This document shows positions 51,556 through 62,940 of a stretch of 64,000 nucleotides of DNA, in pieces. The position numbers and the translations under genes were made by a program. The notes below the pieces were generated by a model, which was given only the letters and a program-made list of their open reading frames with translations, had not been told where the DNA came from and did no database searches. This DNA is from Spizellomyces punctatus DAOM BR117 (taxonomy: Eukaryota), in the NCBI GenBank assembly GCA_000182565.2, contig KQ257463.1; one strand, given 5' to 3'. Positions within the stretch are counted from its first letter, which is position 1. Every line of letters begins with the position of its first letter.

Positions 51556-53039
51556 TCACAAGCTTCCCATGTTCGATGGGTCTTCCAAATCATTCGAACT
51601 TTGAGCCAATTCACCAAAGTCTACAGGCCCGTCGTCCGGTAATTCGCCATCTATATACGAAGTCTCGAGGCTACTCATCAAATATGGATTGTTTGATCCT
51701 GTTTCTCCTGGAGTTGATCCAGAGTTTCGTCTCATGTCGGTTCGGATGTGTAGTTTGATGCCTTGCCGAGCCAGACACTTGGCAAGTTGGGAGGACTCTA
51801 CAACAAAGAACATGTCAAGAACGCTGGACGCGTGAAAACGACCGCCAATCTATCCAACTTTACCAGTCATTCCAGGAAATGTCTTTGGGGGGAATACTGC
51901 AATGATGTCGGACATTGCCGATGCCATGGCTTGTGAAGCATCCTTGGTGATGTCGTACAAAAAGAATTTCAACCGATAATGGCCGCCCGTTCTTATGCTC
52001 AAGTCGGCAAACTAATGGAGCGATAACAGAATATTCGAACCTTGGTCTCGGAAAGGTGGCGTGCTATTCTTATAAAAGAACTTACCGTGAAGAAAAGCGC
52101 CTTTTGTCCGTCAACATCTGTGAGAATGTGGCAAGGGCTCACCAGGGAGCCTACAAGAACGGAAACGTAGCTAGAAGGTGGTGGCGTCAAGGTTGACTCT
52201 CCTGCGAAGAGCGATTCAGTTCGTCGTGCGGCAGCACTGCCCGGATTCAAGACGACTCCTCGCTCTTCTGTTCCATCTGCCGACCAAAGCGACGCATGAC
52301 AAACGAGCGACGTACTTTCCTTGTAGCTATGGACAAAACAGAGACAAATTCACCGTCAGATCATCTGCACGGAGGTATGGAAAAACACATTTTTGGTATT
52401 ATGTGTCTTTACTACATGTCCACTTACTCTAAAACGACTCGATCCCCCTCCCTTCGGATGAGTTGTAGGATTGGTGCTGGATCAACAGGGCGGTAATCCT
52501 TTGTTCCAAAGCCACACATTCGAGCCCGATTGGGCTGTTGGCGAATGATGAGTTCGTATAATCTGTATTCAGAAGAAAGAAAAAAAAAAGAAAAACCAAC
52601 ACCCACGCACACACACACAAAAGCGTCGAAAAATGGTCAGCGAAAAGATATATGGATACGACTGTCGTTTGTTGCCGCAAGCAAAAGACTCCTCTACAAA
52701 AGGCATGTGTGGCGGCTACGCCAACACACATGCGCAAAGGACATGCGAGTTGCGGGGAGACTTGCCATAATGCGCAAGCGTATTTCACTTAAACCCTTCA
52801 CTCCCAAGCGTGCAAACCGCGACAGCGTGAAAGACACCAGTGAATAACTTTTGCCCATCCGCCCCGAAAGAACCCAACTCTACTACGGTATTGTTAAGCC
52901 ATGCCAAAAACAACAACTTTATTACGTACATTATGGGGGAAGGAGGAGGAGGATTGGACGGAGGAGACAAGCTGGCAGACGTAGCCGTGGCACCGGCCGA
53001 GTCAGTATTTTCTGTGGGACCCACTGGAGACGCGTGCAT
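51556..53039 (-). CDS. Velvet-domain transcription regulator; multi-exon
   Basis: YELIIRQQPNRARMCGFGTKDYRPVDPAPILQL, LVGSLVS, LSIRTGGHYRLKF and VFPPKTFPGMT-ESSQLAKCLARQGIKLHIR are hallmark velvet motifs. Confidence 0.9.
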
Positions 53040-54583
53040 TGGGCGGCCAACAGAAGCGACAACAGGGTCGGTCCGAGGGTGTGATAGAGCTTCTCAACTT
53101 TGTTGAAACTGTTTACTTGTCTTTTGTAAACTGGATCGGCGCGATACGGCGGCGGGTTATGACGAAAGGATTAAAAGAATGAGCGTATGTGTGTTTTGTG
53201 CGTTGGTGTGTGAGTCGCCAGGTCCCCCCACGGACGGATTGGTGCTTTAATCGTCCCGGGGAGGCGAAGCGGGTCCTAGCAAGAAAAAGTACACGGAGTA
53301 CGACGGAGGGGGCCGTGCGGTTGGCAGCGAACGAGTACCGGGTAGAGGGTAATAATGTCCTGATATGCGTGTGTTGGGCAACTGAACGGACGACCTCCAA
53401 GATTTAAAAATACGGGAGGTTCTATCACGACGATGATTCGGAACAAGAGCGTTACCAAAGGGCAACAGGACCGCCATATAGACACGAAAAGGAACGCTAA
53501 AGGGCTAAATAAAAAAAAGGATCTGTCAACAAGGGAGGGGGGGTGGAATATAAAGGAACTCGCTAGCAAGGCAAGCCGCAATGGGAGGGAAATGGGAAAA
53601 GAAACGAGTTGCGGGAATCCGCGGAAATGCAACTTGTCTACGGAGAGCGAGAGAGGGCGGGTTTGTTGTTCTGTGTGGGAATTTTGTGTTTTTCTTTTCC
53701 TTGTTATTTTTGTGGTGTCTATGGCTATTTCAAATATGTGTCTATTATCGAATATGAGTGCATATCGATTCATCTTTGCAACCCATACGACATATTCAGG
53801 TGGACATTTGAACATGGCCGCACAAACAAGTCGCATTATCGCAAGTTCCGATCTCCTTTCAAACAATGAGAAAAAAACAAATAAAAAAACGACGTATTAT
53901 TCCCCCCCCTTTGAGTTCTCTCACTCTCTCTCTCTCATATTTGTAAATGTAAGCGTATTTTCCCGATCTGATTTTCCCCATCTATTTGAACGTTGACATT
54001 TTGCCGTTCTCCTGGTCATTGGCATACCCATGATTGGGAGCGCATGGGACTTGTGGGTCTAGAACCCGTATTTGCTATGGACCCCATGCACCCAGTATCC
54101 AGTGTCTTGGAACCACCCACCACGGTCACTCCACGGACGGAATTTCAAGACATTTTATCCTTGTCTCTTTTGTTCAGCCCATTTTCTCTCTCGTTGGTGC
54201 TGAGCGGATGGGGTGTTTGTGGGAAAAAGCAAAAAAAATGGAGATGAACAAGGCATAGGAGGCACAGCCATTAAATGTGTTACTATGGATATTTGGCACA
54301 ATTCATGTCTCTCAAACACAGCAAGAAAACCACGCAGTTAAAGAACGAGGCTTACCACTTGTAGATTTTTGCCGTGACGCCGTGGGCCCCCCCTTTCCAA
54401 CTGGCGGTTTGCTTTGTTCACGCAAAACAACGCTAAACGCTACCGCGGTCAAACGTCTTTCACTTGCATTCATTAACATCCCCCTGCTATTGAAATTCCC
54501 TGACGAAAAAAGGTTAAGGTTCCCCCCCTCCTTCAACCTGAAACTCCCAGCCACCGTGAAGAATCCTTTGTCAACACAAAACG

Positions 54584-56100
54584 ATGAAAAGGGATATTCT
54601 GATTGTCGGAGCTGGTCCTTCAGGACTGGCAGCATTGAAGGCACTCAAGCAACACAATCAAACAAAAAGCTGGAAGCTTGTCGTCGCTGAACAACGATAT
54701 GGAATCGGCGGTGTTTGGTATTGAAAATTGAACTATGATCAGCAGTTGCACATGAACAACGGATGGGCCGAATGTTGATTGTTTTAACAAAAATTGCAAC
54801 TTCTAGGCTGCCGTCGTCTTTGACGCCCATCCCACCGGACCTGCCCTCGTCCCCGATCTACGACTCGCTCACCACAAATTTGCCTCATCCGGTGATGGCG
54901 TTCTACTCCCATCCGTTCCCCCGAGCCACTCCGCTTTTTCCCGGTCACCCCGTCGTATTGAAATACCTGCAGGCATTTGCGGAACGGTTTGCTCTCTTGT
55001 CGCACATTCGCTTTGGGCACAAGGTCGTGGGTGCAGAATGGGATCCTCGTGTTCAGAAATGGCGGACAAGATTTTGTACGCGGAAAAGGAACACGCCAGA
55101 AATGGCTGACGCGTCTGAACACGAACGCGCAGCCAACGCGTCTGAGGAAATGTACGACGCGATTCTAGTGTGTTCTGGACACTACCACTATCCCAAAACG
55201 CCGGATTGGCCAGGCGTCAACGAGTGGACTCTGCATGGGCGAACCTTGATGCATGCTTGCTACTATCGGCGACCGCAACCTTTTCGCAACAAGGTGGTGT
55301 TGATCGTAGGTGCAGGCCCTTCAGGGAGAGATCTGAGCAATGAGATTGCGTCAGTTGCACGACAAGTGTATCACTCTGTTCCTTGGGCATGGCATCCTGC
55401 ACGATCTGCAACACCCATCGTCCATACGACATCGTCAGGCATTGCTCTCAAGCCTCCCATCCGCAGATTCCACTCGAATGCTATAGAATTTGAAGATGGT
55501 ACACAACTGACGGACGTTGATATTGTCATTGCTGCCACCGGTTATTTCTATCGTTACCCTTTTTTACCTTCCAATATCCTCTACGATCCATCCCAATCTC
55601 CAACCGCGCCTTCAAGTGCCTCCCTCTTTTGCGATGGTTCTCATGTTGAACCTCTCTACCAGCACATGTTTCCGATAACACCGACGTCACCTGCAGCTCC
55701 TAATCTCATCTTCTTTGGACTCCCGTCCAAAGTTGTTCCTTTCCCATTGTTTGAGATCCAAGCGCTTGTTGCAACTAATCTCCTGTTAGGTAAGAAGCAA
55801 CTTCCACCCTTTGATGCCTTTCAGGATATCCCACATTCGCATAACCTGCCGAACGAGAAACAATTTGCATATTGTAATAGCCTTGCTGAATGGGGTGGCG
55901 TAAGAGATTGGCAGGTCAAGGACTGGGTAGTGGAAATGTACGCTAAAAAAGATATTCTGCGGAAAACTTGGCAGGAGGTTGAAAGACGAGGTGAGCAGCA
56001 CCTCCAAGAGTGGATTGGAGGCGTGGAAGGAGAGAATGAGTGGGTCAATGTTATGAGACGATTAATCGCATTGGGAGAAGAACAGGCCAGTCAGGGGTGA
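54584..56100 (+). CDS. Flavin-containing monooxygenase (FMO1-like); 2 exons
   Basis: Exon 1 MKRDILIVGAGPSGLAA...GIGGVW (54584-54717), intron to 54806, then YDSLTTNLP, CSGHYHYP, MHACYYR, IVGAGPSGRD and IAATGY. Confidence 0.92.
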
Positions 56101-56289
56101 TTAGGAGTATATTCAATACGTCTAAAGCCTGAATGGCTACCGTCCTCGGATGCAGCACCCTTCGACGGTCATTTATAGAATCTTGCATATTCTGATATCT
56201 CCATAGTACAGGAAGAGATTGGGCCTCACACATCATTTACCCTGGGCAAAAACTGAAATTCTAACTGATTGTCTATATTCCACCCGCAG

Positions 56290-56379
56290 TAATAGTTCTG
56301 TGATTAGTGTAGAGGTGACAGAAACTGGCACTAGCTACTACACCAGGGAATAAACCGGCGACAACCGGTTCGGAAAAGC
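56290..56379 (-). ncRNA. Putative Fanzor omegaRNA: 75-nt scaffold plus ~15-nt guide (ATCACAGAACTATTA)
   Basis: Scaffold 56305-56379 is identical (75/75) to 50976-51050; the downstream flank is different. Confidence 0.75.
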
Positions 56380-57019
56380 TAACTAAGCTACTACTAGGCA
56401 ATTATACACGCAATACGTAACGGTTGGTTCTAACCGGATAATTGCCCACCACCACACGCGGTCCCTACTAGGCCTTGATCCAGAACTCTTGATGGCATTG
56501 AAGCCAGACTCTTGCATCCAGGAGCGAATCGACTGGGCAGCGTCACAAGCCAGAGGATGTTCAGTGACAAGACTTGGAGACTAAAACGGCATGTCAGCGA
56601 GAGAACAATATGAAAAGAGATGATGCCATTGGTACTTACCAACCAAGCTCAACAAGTGTAGCAGCATAATAGTAGGCTTTGTTATCGGATCCAATTGGTT
56701 GCCGCTGGTTCTGATCACGATTGCTGTCGGGCGGTCGAGGTCCTCGGCACCACCACATCGGCGTTCTCATGACTGATGAGAGTTGGGCAGATGCTTTGAG
56801 TCGAGGGATAAAGAAACAAGAGGAAAGAGACAGAAGGTCCCCCTTTTATAGACCTTTGGCATGCGCCTCACCGCAGTTTAAAAAAAAAAAAAAAAAAAAA
56901 ACATTACATGCATGCCACACCGTTTTGAGCGATAGAGGGGGTGCTGATTATGCGATATGATTAACCGGAGTGAGCCGGATAATAATGAATCTTAGTGCCA
57001 TTTTCAATCACCTCCAAAC
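56307..57019 (-). mobile_element. Non-autonomous TIR element (Fanzor 'ghost' / Spu-1-like), long 713-bp copy
   Basis: Reverse complement of the 50810-51048 element with ~440 bp extra internal sequence (~56399-56835). TA at 56305-6 and 57020-1; CATA at its left end on the minus strand. Confidence 0.88.
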
Positions 57020-57268
57020 TATGGATAAAGTTAAGATTAAGGCACAGTAACACCGCTAACCAACGGCACACTGCAACTACGGGGCAGTGACTGCGTGCAT
57101 TTAAGTGAATCAATGCATTCTAACCTCCATATTGGGTTGAGTGCAGGAGTGGAAAGTCTGCGCCGCTTACGTATCCTGATCGTCAGATTGTGACTGCGCC
57201 GTCAGTGGGAGAACCATCAGTGAACAACGAGTTCAACCCATCTGCGAGCCCAGTCTTCCCACCCAGAT

Positions 57269-58581
57269 ATGGCCCCTGTTGCACGCTTCCGCTTCCATGC
57301 CCTCCGTCGATACAGTAGCATCTCAACATGCCCGACTACATCCACAGCCGCTCTCGCCTTTGACATGGATGGCGTCCTAATTCGCGGTGGAAGGGCGATC
57401 CCAAGTGCCCATCGTGCATTGCAAAAGTTGAAGGGTGATAACCCATTGAATAGGTGTGTGAGCTGATTACTGTCTGCCGTACGGGCCATGGTTTTGCGAC
57501 AAGTCACAACTGCTTGTTGTATGTTGTGGAAAGAGATGAAATTGGCTTGGACCCATTGAATACAATTGACTCTTTCGTTTAGAGAAATTCCATTCATTAT
57601 TTTAACGAATTCAGGCGGAGAATCAGAAGCTAGTAAAGCTCATAAATTAACCCAAAAGCTCGGTATTGAGGTACTAAAAAAAACACTCAAAATCCAACGA
57701 ATCCGCATCCTAATACGGCGATGTTTCTAGATCCATCCATCGCAAATCGTTCTATCCCATTCACCGATGCGTCACCTGGCACCCCAATACAAGAACAAAT
57801 TGGTCCATGTTGTCGGACCTGATGAGTGTAAAAATGTTGCACAATCCTATGGATTCAGCGATGTGGTAACGTCCAAGGAAATGAAGGCGTTCGATAAAAG
57901 CATGTGGCCATATCGCTCTGTTGGGGACGAAGTGGACGACACGGTCTGTTCTTGATTGGGACCCCTTTGTGATTGGATGCATTAGATTGACTCGTCAATA
58001 TTTTCTAGCAATGTCCTTACGATCTATCCCAAACTCCCATATCCGCCACCCTCATCTTCCACGATCCAATAGACTGGGGCCTCGACATCCAACTCATCAC
58101 CGATACACTCGCCTCTCAATCTGGATTAATTACAACACGCCAACCGTCTCGTCCCTACTCCCAATCTACACCCTTGTACTCCTCGAATGCGGATTTTCAG
58201 TGGAGTAATGAATGGCCGTGGCCGCGGTACGGTCAAGGCGCGTTCGTGACTGCCTTGAATGCAGTCTGGAAAAGATTGAGCGGAAACCCGCTTGTCATTG
58301 AGAAACAATTTGGAAAACCCTCATCTCCCACGTATGAGTTTGCTGAAAAGATGTTGAGTGCCGCTGCGGGTGTAGAGGTCAAAAAGGTGTATATGGTCGG
58401 GGATAACCCGGATTCAGACATTGCCGGGGCAAATCTTCATGGATGGGTTGGCATTCTTGTAAAGTCGGGTGTATACAGGGACGGAATGCCATTAACCAAA
58501 AAGAACAAGCCACAAGTGATTGTTCAGGATGTCGGTGAGGCTGTTGATTGGGTGTTGAGGCAAGAAGGAGTTCTCAGATAA
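57269..58581 (+). CDS. HAD-superfamily class IIA hydrolase (CECR5/HDHD5-like), probably mitochondrial; multi-exon
   Basis: AFDMDGVLIRG, IPFIILTNSGG, HDPIDWGLDIQ, SNADFQW, RYGQGAF, FGKPS and YMVGDNPDSDIAGAN; presequence-like N-terminus. Confidence 0.92.
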
Positions 58582-58828
58582 ACTCCGAATAACTTGCACA
58601 ACAATCGCCTCACAACTTGACTGCTTATAGAATATCACTGATGAATGCCAAGAAATAGGAAAAGGCAGTCCGTAAATCTATTTCGCATAGCATGTCTACA
58701 GTATTTAGAAAGAAGGTAAAAAAAAAGTAACCTAAAGTACCAGAAGGGGATCTACTCTATAAAACCGTAATAACTATTTAAGTACAACTGGATATGGATC
58801 CGTTTTTCATGCGTGAGGACTCGTCGCA

Positions 58829-60729
58829 TTAATCATATCTTCGATTGCCATAAGGTGGGTAAGACGCGTCGGATGAGTAGGAAGGGCTATGTGGCTCTTG
58901 AGCTGGGAAGTAACCCTTGTCTTGGGCAGAAGGATACAGTCGTTGTCCATCCGGGTGCAAAGGCTGTTCACCAGTGGGCGTAGCACTATATCCAACAGGG
59001 AAAGGAGGGTTCACAACCTCATATCCCTGTCGTGCCTGCATAGGCTGTTGAACATTGTTCATCGTCGAGGACGCTGTCGACGCAAATCTTCCAAGGCTGC
59101 TCTCCCTCTTTCCAAATTGCAGACTATCCATCGTGGTCATTGTGCCCATTCCATCATCGGATCCCCAGTGATCGTCCGATTGCGGACTATCTACGGGATT
59201 TTTGGCTCCATCGCGAGAGTTGTAGGGCGCCACACACGCGAGAGGGAAGGAACCTTCTTGCTTGGTCGTCATGTTGAAACCGTACCCCCAACCGTCATCG
59301 AACTTGCATTTAACAATGACTGGGTCGCCAATATCTAGAAAAAGATGCGTATCACGCAGTTAAGCTTAAAACTCCAAACAAAATTGAGAACGAACGCTAC
59401 TCACAAAGATAAATCTCATCAGAGAGATTCGGCACATAGTTATATATGACTTCCATGGTTTCCGCGATTTGGATTGGTTCACCGACATCTCCCTCTCTAT
59501 TAGCCGCAGCAGCCGCAGCGGGGGCCATCGCACCAGCCATCAACATTCCACCTTTCTCATCCCCACCTCCGATTTTCCTCCCGCTGCTACCATCCTGGCC
59601 ACTCGCGCCACTTCCCAAGATAAAGCCATCGGGAAGTTGTCGTGCAGCGCGCTTTCGCCGCCCAACGATCAAGACAGCTCCTACAGCAACGAGGGCAACA
59701 AAGCCGGCAACCGATGCGCCAATGATCACTGCATTACTGGGTTTACCGTACTCGGAGTTACTTTGAGTCTGGCTGCTGGGCCCGTTTACTCCAGAGGTTG
59801 AAGCAGTTCCCCCTGTTCCCCCTGGAGTTGTCCCCTGCGAGCCACCACCTCGTGTGGTGGACGTTGGGCCGCCCACAGATGTGGGAACTACGATGGGTTG
59901 ATTGGCTAGTTTGGCTTTCTGCGCTTGACAACAGAGATCCGAGGATGTAGCGGCTGCACTACAATAAGCCGTGGCTTCAGCATCTGTCCAAAATCCTGTC
60001 ATAACAAAGTGAATTGTGTGAGTTACGTCATCCATGCCCGAACAGCGGATTCAAAGACGTACCGCACATGGCCCATTCAAACGGCAATGCAGCAACACAG
60101 TCCACATCCGTGGTCATCCTCCTCATAAACGTTTCAGTAGTATTCGGAAACGGTCTGGCGACGCCTGGCGTGCAACTCTTTGCGTCTGCATAAATCTCTG
60201 TCAAACTATCAACGGCCTGCTTTGCTGTTTTGCTACACAGTGGCCCTGGGATGTTGGTAGGGTTACAGCCGTTCACAGTCGAGACGTCAATGACCATTCC
60301 GCAGAGGAAGGAAATGTGATATCGTCGCCCCTTGCCATTCCAAGTGGGACAAGCATTATCTCGTTGAAATGTAGCAAGGGAAGTTGTGGTGTTGTCGTAA
60401 AGGGATTGAATGTAAGCGTCAAATGCGGTCAGATTGGCAAAGCTAGTAGAAGCTTGAATAGTGTAGTCTGCGAATAGTTGGAACGAGTTATATGACAGAC
60501 TGTTAAAACGCCAAGAACAAAAAAACTTTTGGGAGCCCGCGTCGCCCGACGTACCTTTCCATGCGGTACAGGTTGTCGTCCCAGCGAGTGAAAAGCACGT
60601 AGGCTGCCCTGCTATGCCAGCTGGCACACCAGCTCCTGGTCCTAGGTCCGAAGTCGTCTGTGCATTCACACCCCAGAATGCTACCCCAACCAGCAATCCC
60701 GACAATACGAGTCCTTTTCCATGTGCCAT
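58829..60729 (-). CDS. Single-pass membrane protein: signal peptide, Cys-rich ectodomain, S/T/G linker, TM helix, cytoplasmic SH3
   Basis: Signal LVLSGLLVGVAFWGVNA; multiple Cys; TM VIIGASVAGFVALVAVGAVLIV-GRRKR; SH3 VIYNYVPNLSDEIYL|YIGDPVIVKCKFDDGWGYGFNMTTKQEGSFPLACV. Confidence 0.8.
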
Positions 60730-61445
60730 ATTCCACACAATGAGGTCGTGGCTCCGATCGGATCACTCTTTATAGAACTCTTACTGCCGGTCTTGAAATG
60801 CCAAAAAGACAAAAAAAACTTGAACCCCTCCTCCAATACTCGAATGCCTTTTGTTTCTTGACACCCTTTTTCCAAGAAACCAACCTACGAGCAGCCCCCC
60901 CCCCCCCCCAATCAAAAAGTGCAAAACGGTCAACCGCTGCCCGTCACACACGCGGTCCGCTTTCCCAATTGAAGGAAAAAGAAATGCAAAAGGTGTGAAA
61001 TTTGATGAGATAATTCATTTCTCCATTTATGGTATTCATGATCATAGGTCACGTGGTAGATATCGGAGGCTTAGTATTCCGCCGCGATTTTTGCTCTTTT
61101 TGTATTTGAACAGAACGGACATGAAAGACGTTTTTTTCAAGCATCGTTTTATTTTTATTCAGAGTTTCCAATGGCGTCAAATGGTTGGGACACATGGAAT
61201 GCCTTATTTTGTTCATGAGCTATCGTTCTCTTCGATCTTGTTGATACATGTTGAGAATTCCAGCTCCGTTTTGCGATCAATGGCATATTTCCTTTGTAAT
61301 CAGTTTGCAGTGTTGTCATCGGCATTCATTGTAAAATGGCACTCTCTGTTCAGGATCTCATTCGTTCTGTTCAATCTGTTCATAGCAGATATTGTAAAAA
61401 AGGCTGGAATACACTGTCATCCATATCCAGATGCGTGGCTGGGTG

Positions 61446-61676
61446 GAGAATCGCTTCGATTGTATCTTGATCTACCGTGGGAAAGGATGGTGCAGATAGG
61501 ATGTAGAATTTGAGAGCATGGGAAGCATGGTCAGCAAGTTGATGGATGATGGCGATGTAATCTAGAAGCCATTGGTGGTAGTTTGGCAGGAAAGCTTTTG
61601 CAAAGGAAGTTTTGTTACAGGTATGTAAGGTGGGTTTGTCGAGTTTTTCAAGCTTTTGCTTTTTCTTTGGCGGCAT
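61446..61676 (-). pseudogene. Fanzor1 (TnpB-derived RNA-guided nuclease) N-terminal remnant
   Basis: MPPKKKQKLEKLDKPTLHTCNKTSFAKAFLPNYHQWLLDYIAIIHQLADHASHALKFYIL...DTIEAIL is near-identical to the SpuFz1 N-terminus as recalled, including the PKKKQK NLS. It switches to unrelated sequence after ~77 aa; no RuvC. Confidence 0.85.
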
Positions 61677-61856
61677 GATGATCTCTGTGGAAAAAGATGA
61701 AAGCCTGGGAAAATGGGCACGACAACTTATATAGGATTTTTGGATCAAACCATAGTTCATGAGTCTAAATCGAGTAAAATTATGATATGTGTGCTATGTA
61801 AGTGACGGACACGGCGGGAGGTGTCGCAGCGTTTTTATACCGTTCATCCTTTAACA

Positions 61857-62940
61857 ATGTCCACCTCCACCACAACCTACGAGACAATCGTCATTGGCGG
61901 CTCGTTTGCCGGTCTCTCCGCGGCCCTCCAGATCGCCCGCTCCTGTCGTAAAGTTCTGGTCATTGACAGCAGTGAAAACCGGAACCGCTTTGCACAACAT
62001 GCTCATGGGTTCCTGGGTCACGACGGAAAATCTCCCAGTGATATTTTAACAGAGTCCAAAGCGCAGTTGAGGCGATACTCTGATTGTACGATTGTTGAGA
62101 ATGTGCGTGTTGTCTCCATCCAAAACTTGACTGCAGAAAAGGGAGCCAGTCCCTCTTTCAACGTTGTTACATCCGATGAAAAAACCTTGCACACCCGCCG
62201 CATTATCCTCGCCACAGGCCTCAAGGACAACCTTCCTCCTGTTGAAGGCCTCCAAGAATCCTGGGGCAAATCCGTCTTTCATTGCCCTTACTGCCACGGA
62301 TACGAATTCCGCGGCAAGCCCTTGGGACTCCTCTATACCACTCCTATCCAGAGTCATCAAGCTCGCTTGTTACCAGACCTTACAAAGGATATTATCCTCT
62401 TTACGGGTGGTGCGATCAATGGTACCGAGTCCGTGTTCCCTGCTGTTCAATTGAGCACTGAAGAGACGGCGTTGTGGGAGAAATTGGGAATAAAATTGGA
62501 GCACACGCCAGTGAGCAAATTCGTTCGGGATTCAAATGCCGAGTCCGAACTCTCCTACGTGGAATTATCGGATGGTCGGAAAATTGAGCGAAGGGGAGTA
62601 TTACTCCTCCCACCTTTGACCCTGTCTACACCCAATCTCGTCGCTGATCTCGGTTGCGATGTGACACCGAGTCCGTTTGGTGTGGACTTGATTAAAGTTG
62701 ACCCGGCGACGCAAGTTACGTCGATTCCGGGCGTTTACGCGGCTGGTGACTCTGTGAGGCCTATGAATGTGTAAGTTTTTCTGTTTGGTCTTCCGGTTTG
62801 TGGTGACTTTGGGATTTACTGAAATGGTTGATTCTTGGGATTCTTTAATTTATAGGGCGGTGGCGGTCGCCGATGGATCCATTGCGGGAATCATGTGCCA
62901 TCAGTCTTTGGTAGCCGAAGATATCAAGAAAATCCAATAG
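61857..62940 (+). CDS. FAD-dependent pyridine nucleotide-disulfide oxidoreductase (TrxB-like/GliT-like); 2 exons
   Basis: IVIGGSFAGLSAA, NRFAQHAHGFLGHDG, ILATG, active site HCPYCHGYE and TSIPGVYAAGD; intron 62771-62855; final exon ends CHQSLVAEDIKKIQ*. Confidence 0.9.

Noticed and set aside
50976-56379. CRISPR-like repeat-spacer array
   Set aside because: Only two copies, inverted and 5 kb apart; no tandem repeat-spacer periodicity was seen anywhere in the window.
56628-56645. TACTTACC resembling the U1 snRNA 5' end
   Set aside because: No U1 stem-loops or Sm site follow; it is the reverse complement of a GTAAGT splice donor.
50808-57021. Reading the repeats as solo LTRs (TGT...ACA) or as a CACTA/Helitron element
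   Set aside because: There is no 4-6 bp direct TSD around TGT...ACA. CACTA/TAGTG are in the wrong orientation with no inward TIR. The 30-bp TIRs, TA duplication and CATA flank fit a Fanzor-associated TIR element better.
60851-61513. 220-aa plus-strand ORF
   Set aside because: Non-ATG start, Phe/Ile-rich composition typical of AT-rich noncoding DNA, antisense to the Fanzor remnant, no motifs.
61790-61800. CATA upstream of the Fanzor remnant as a transposon left end
   Set aside because: The following bases (GCACACATATC) do not match the TIR seen in the two ghost elements.
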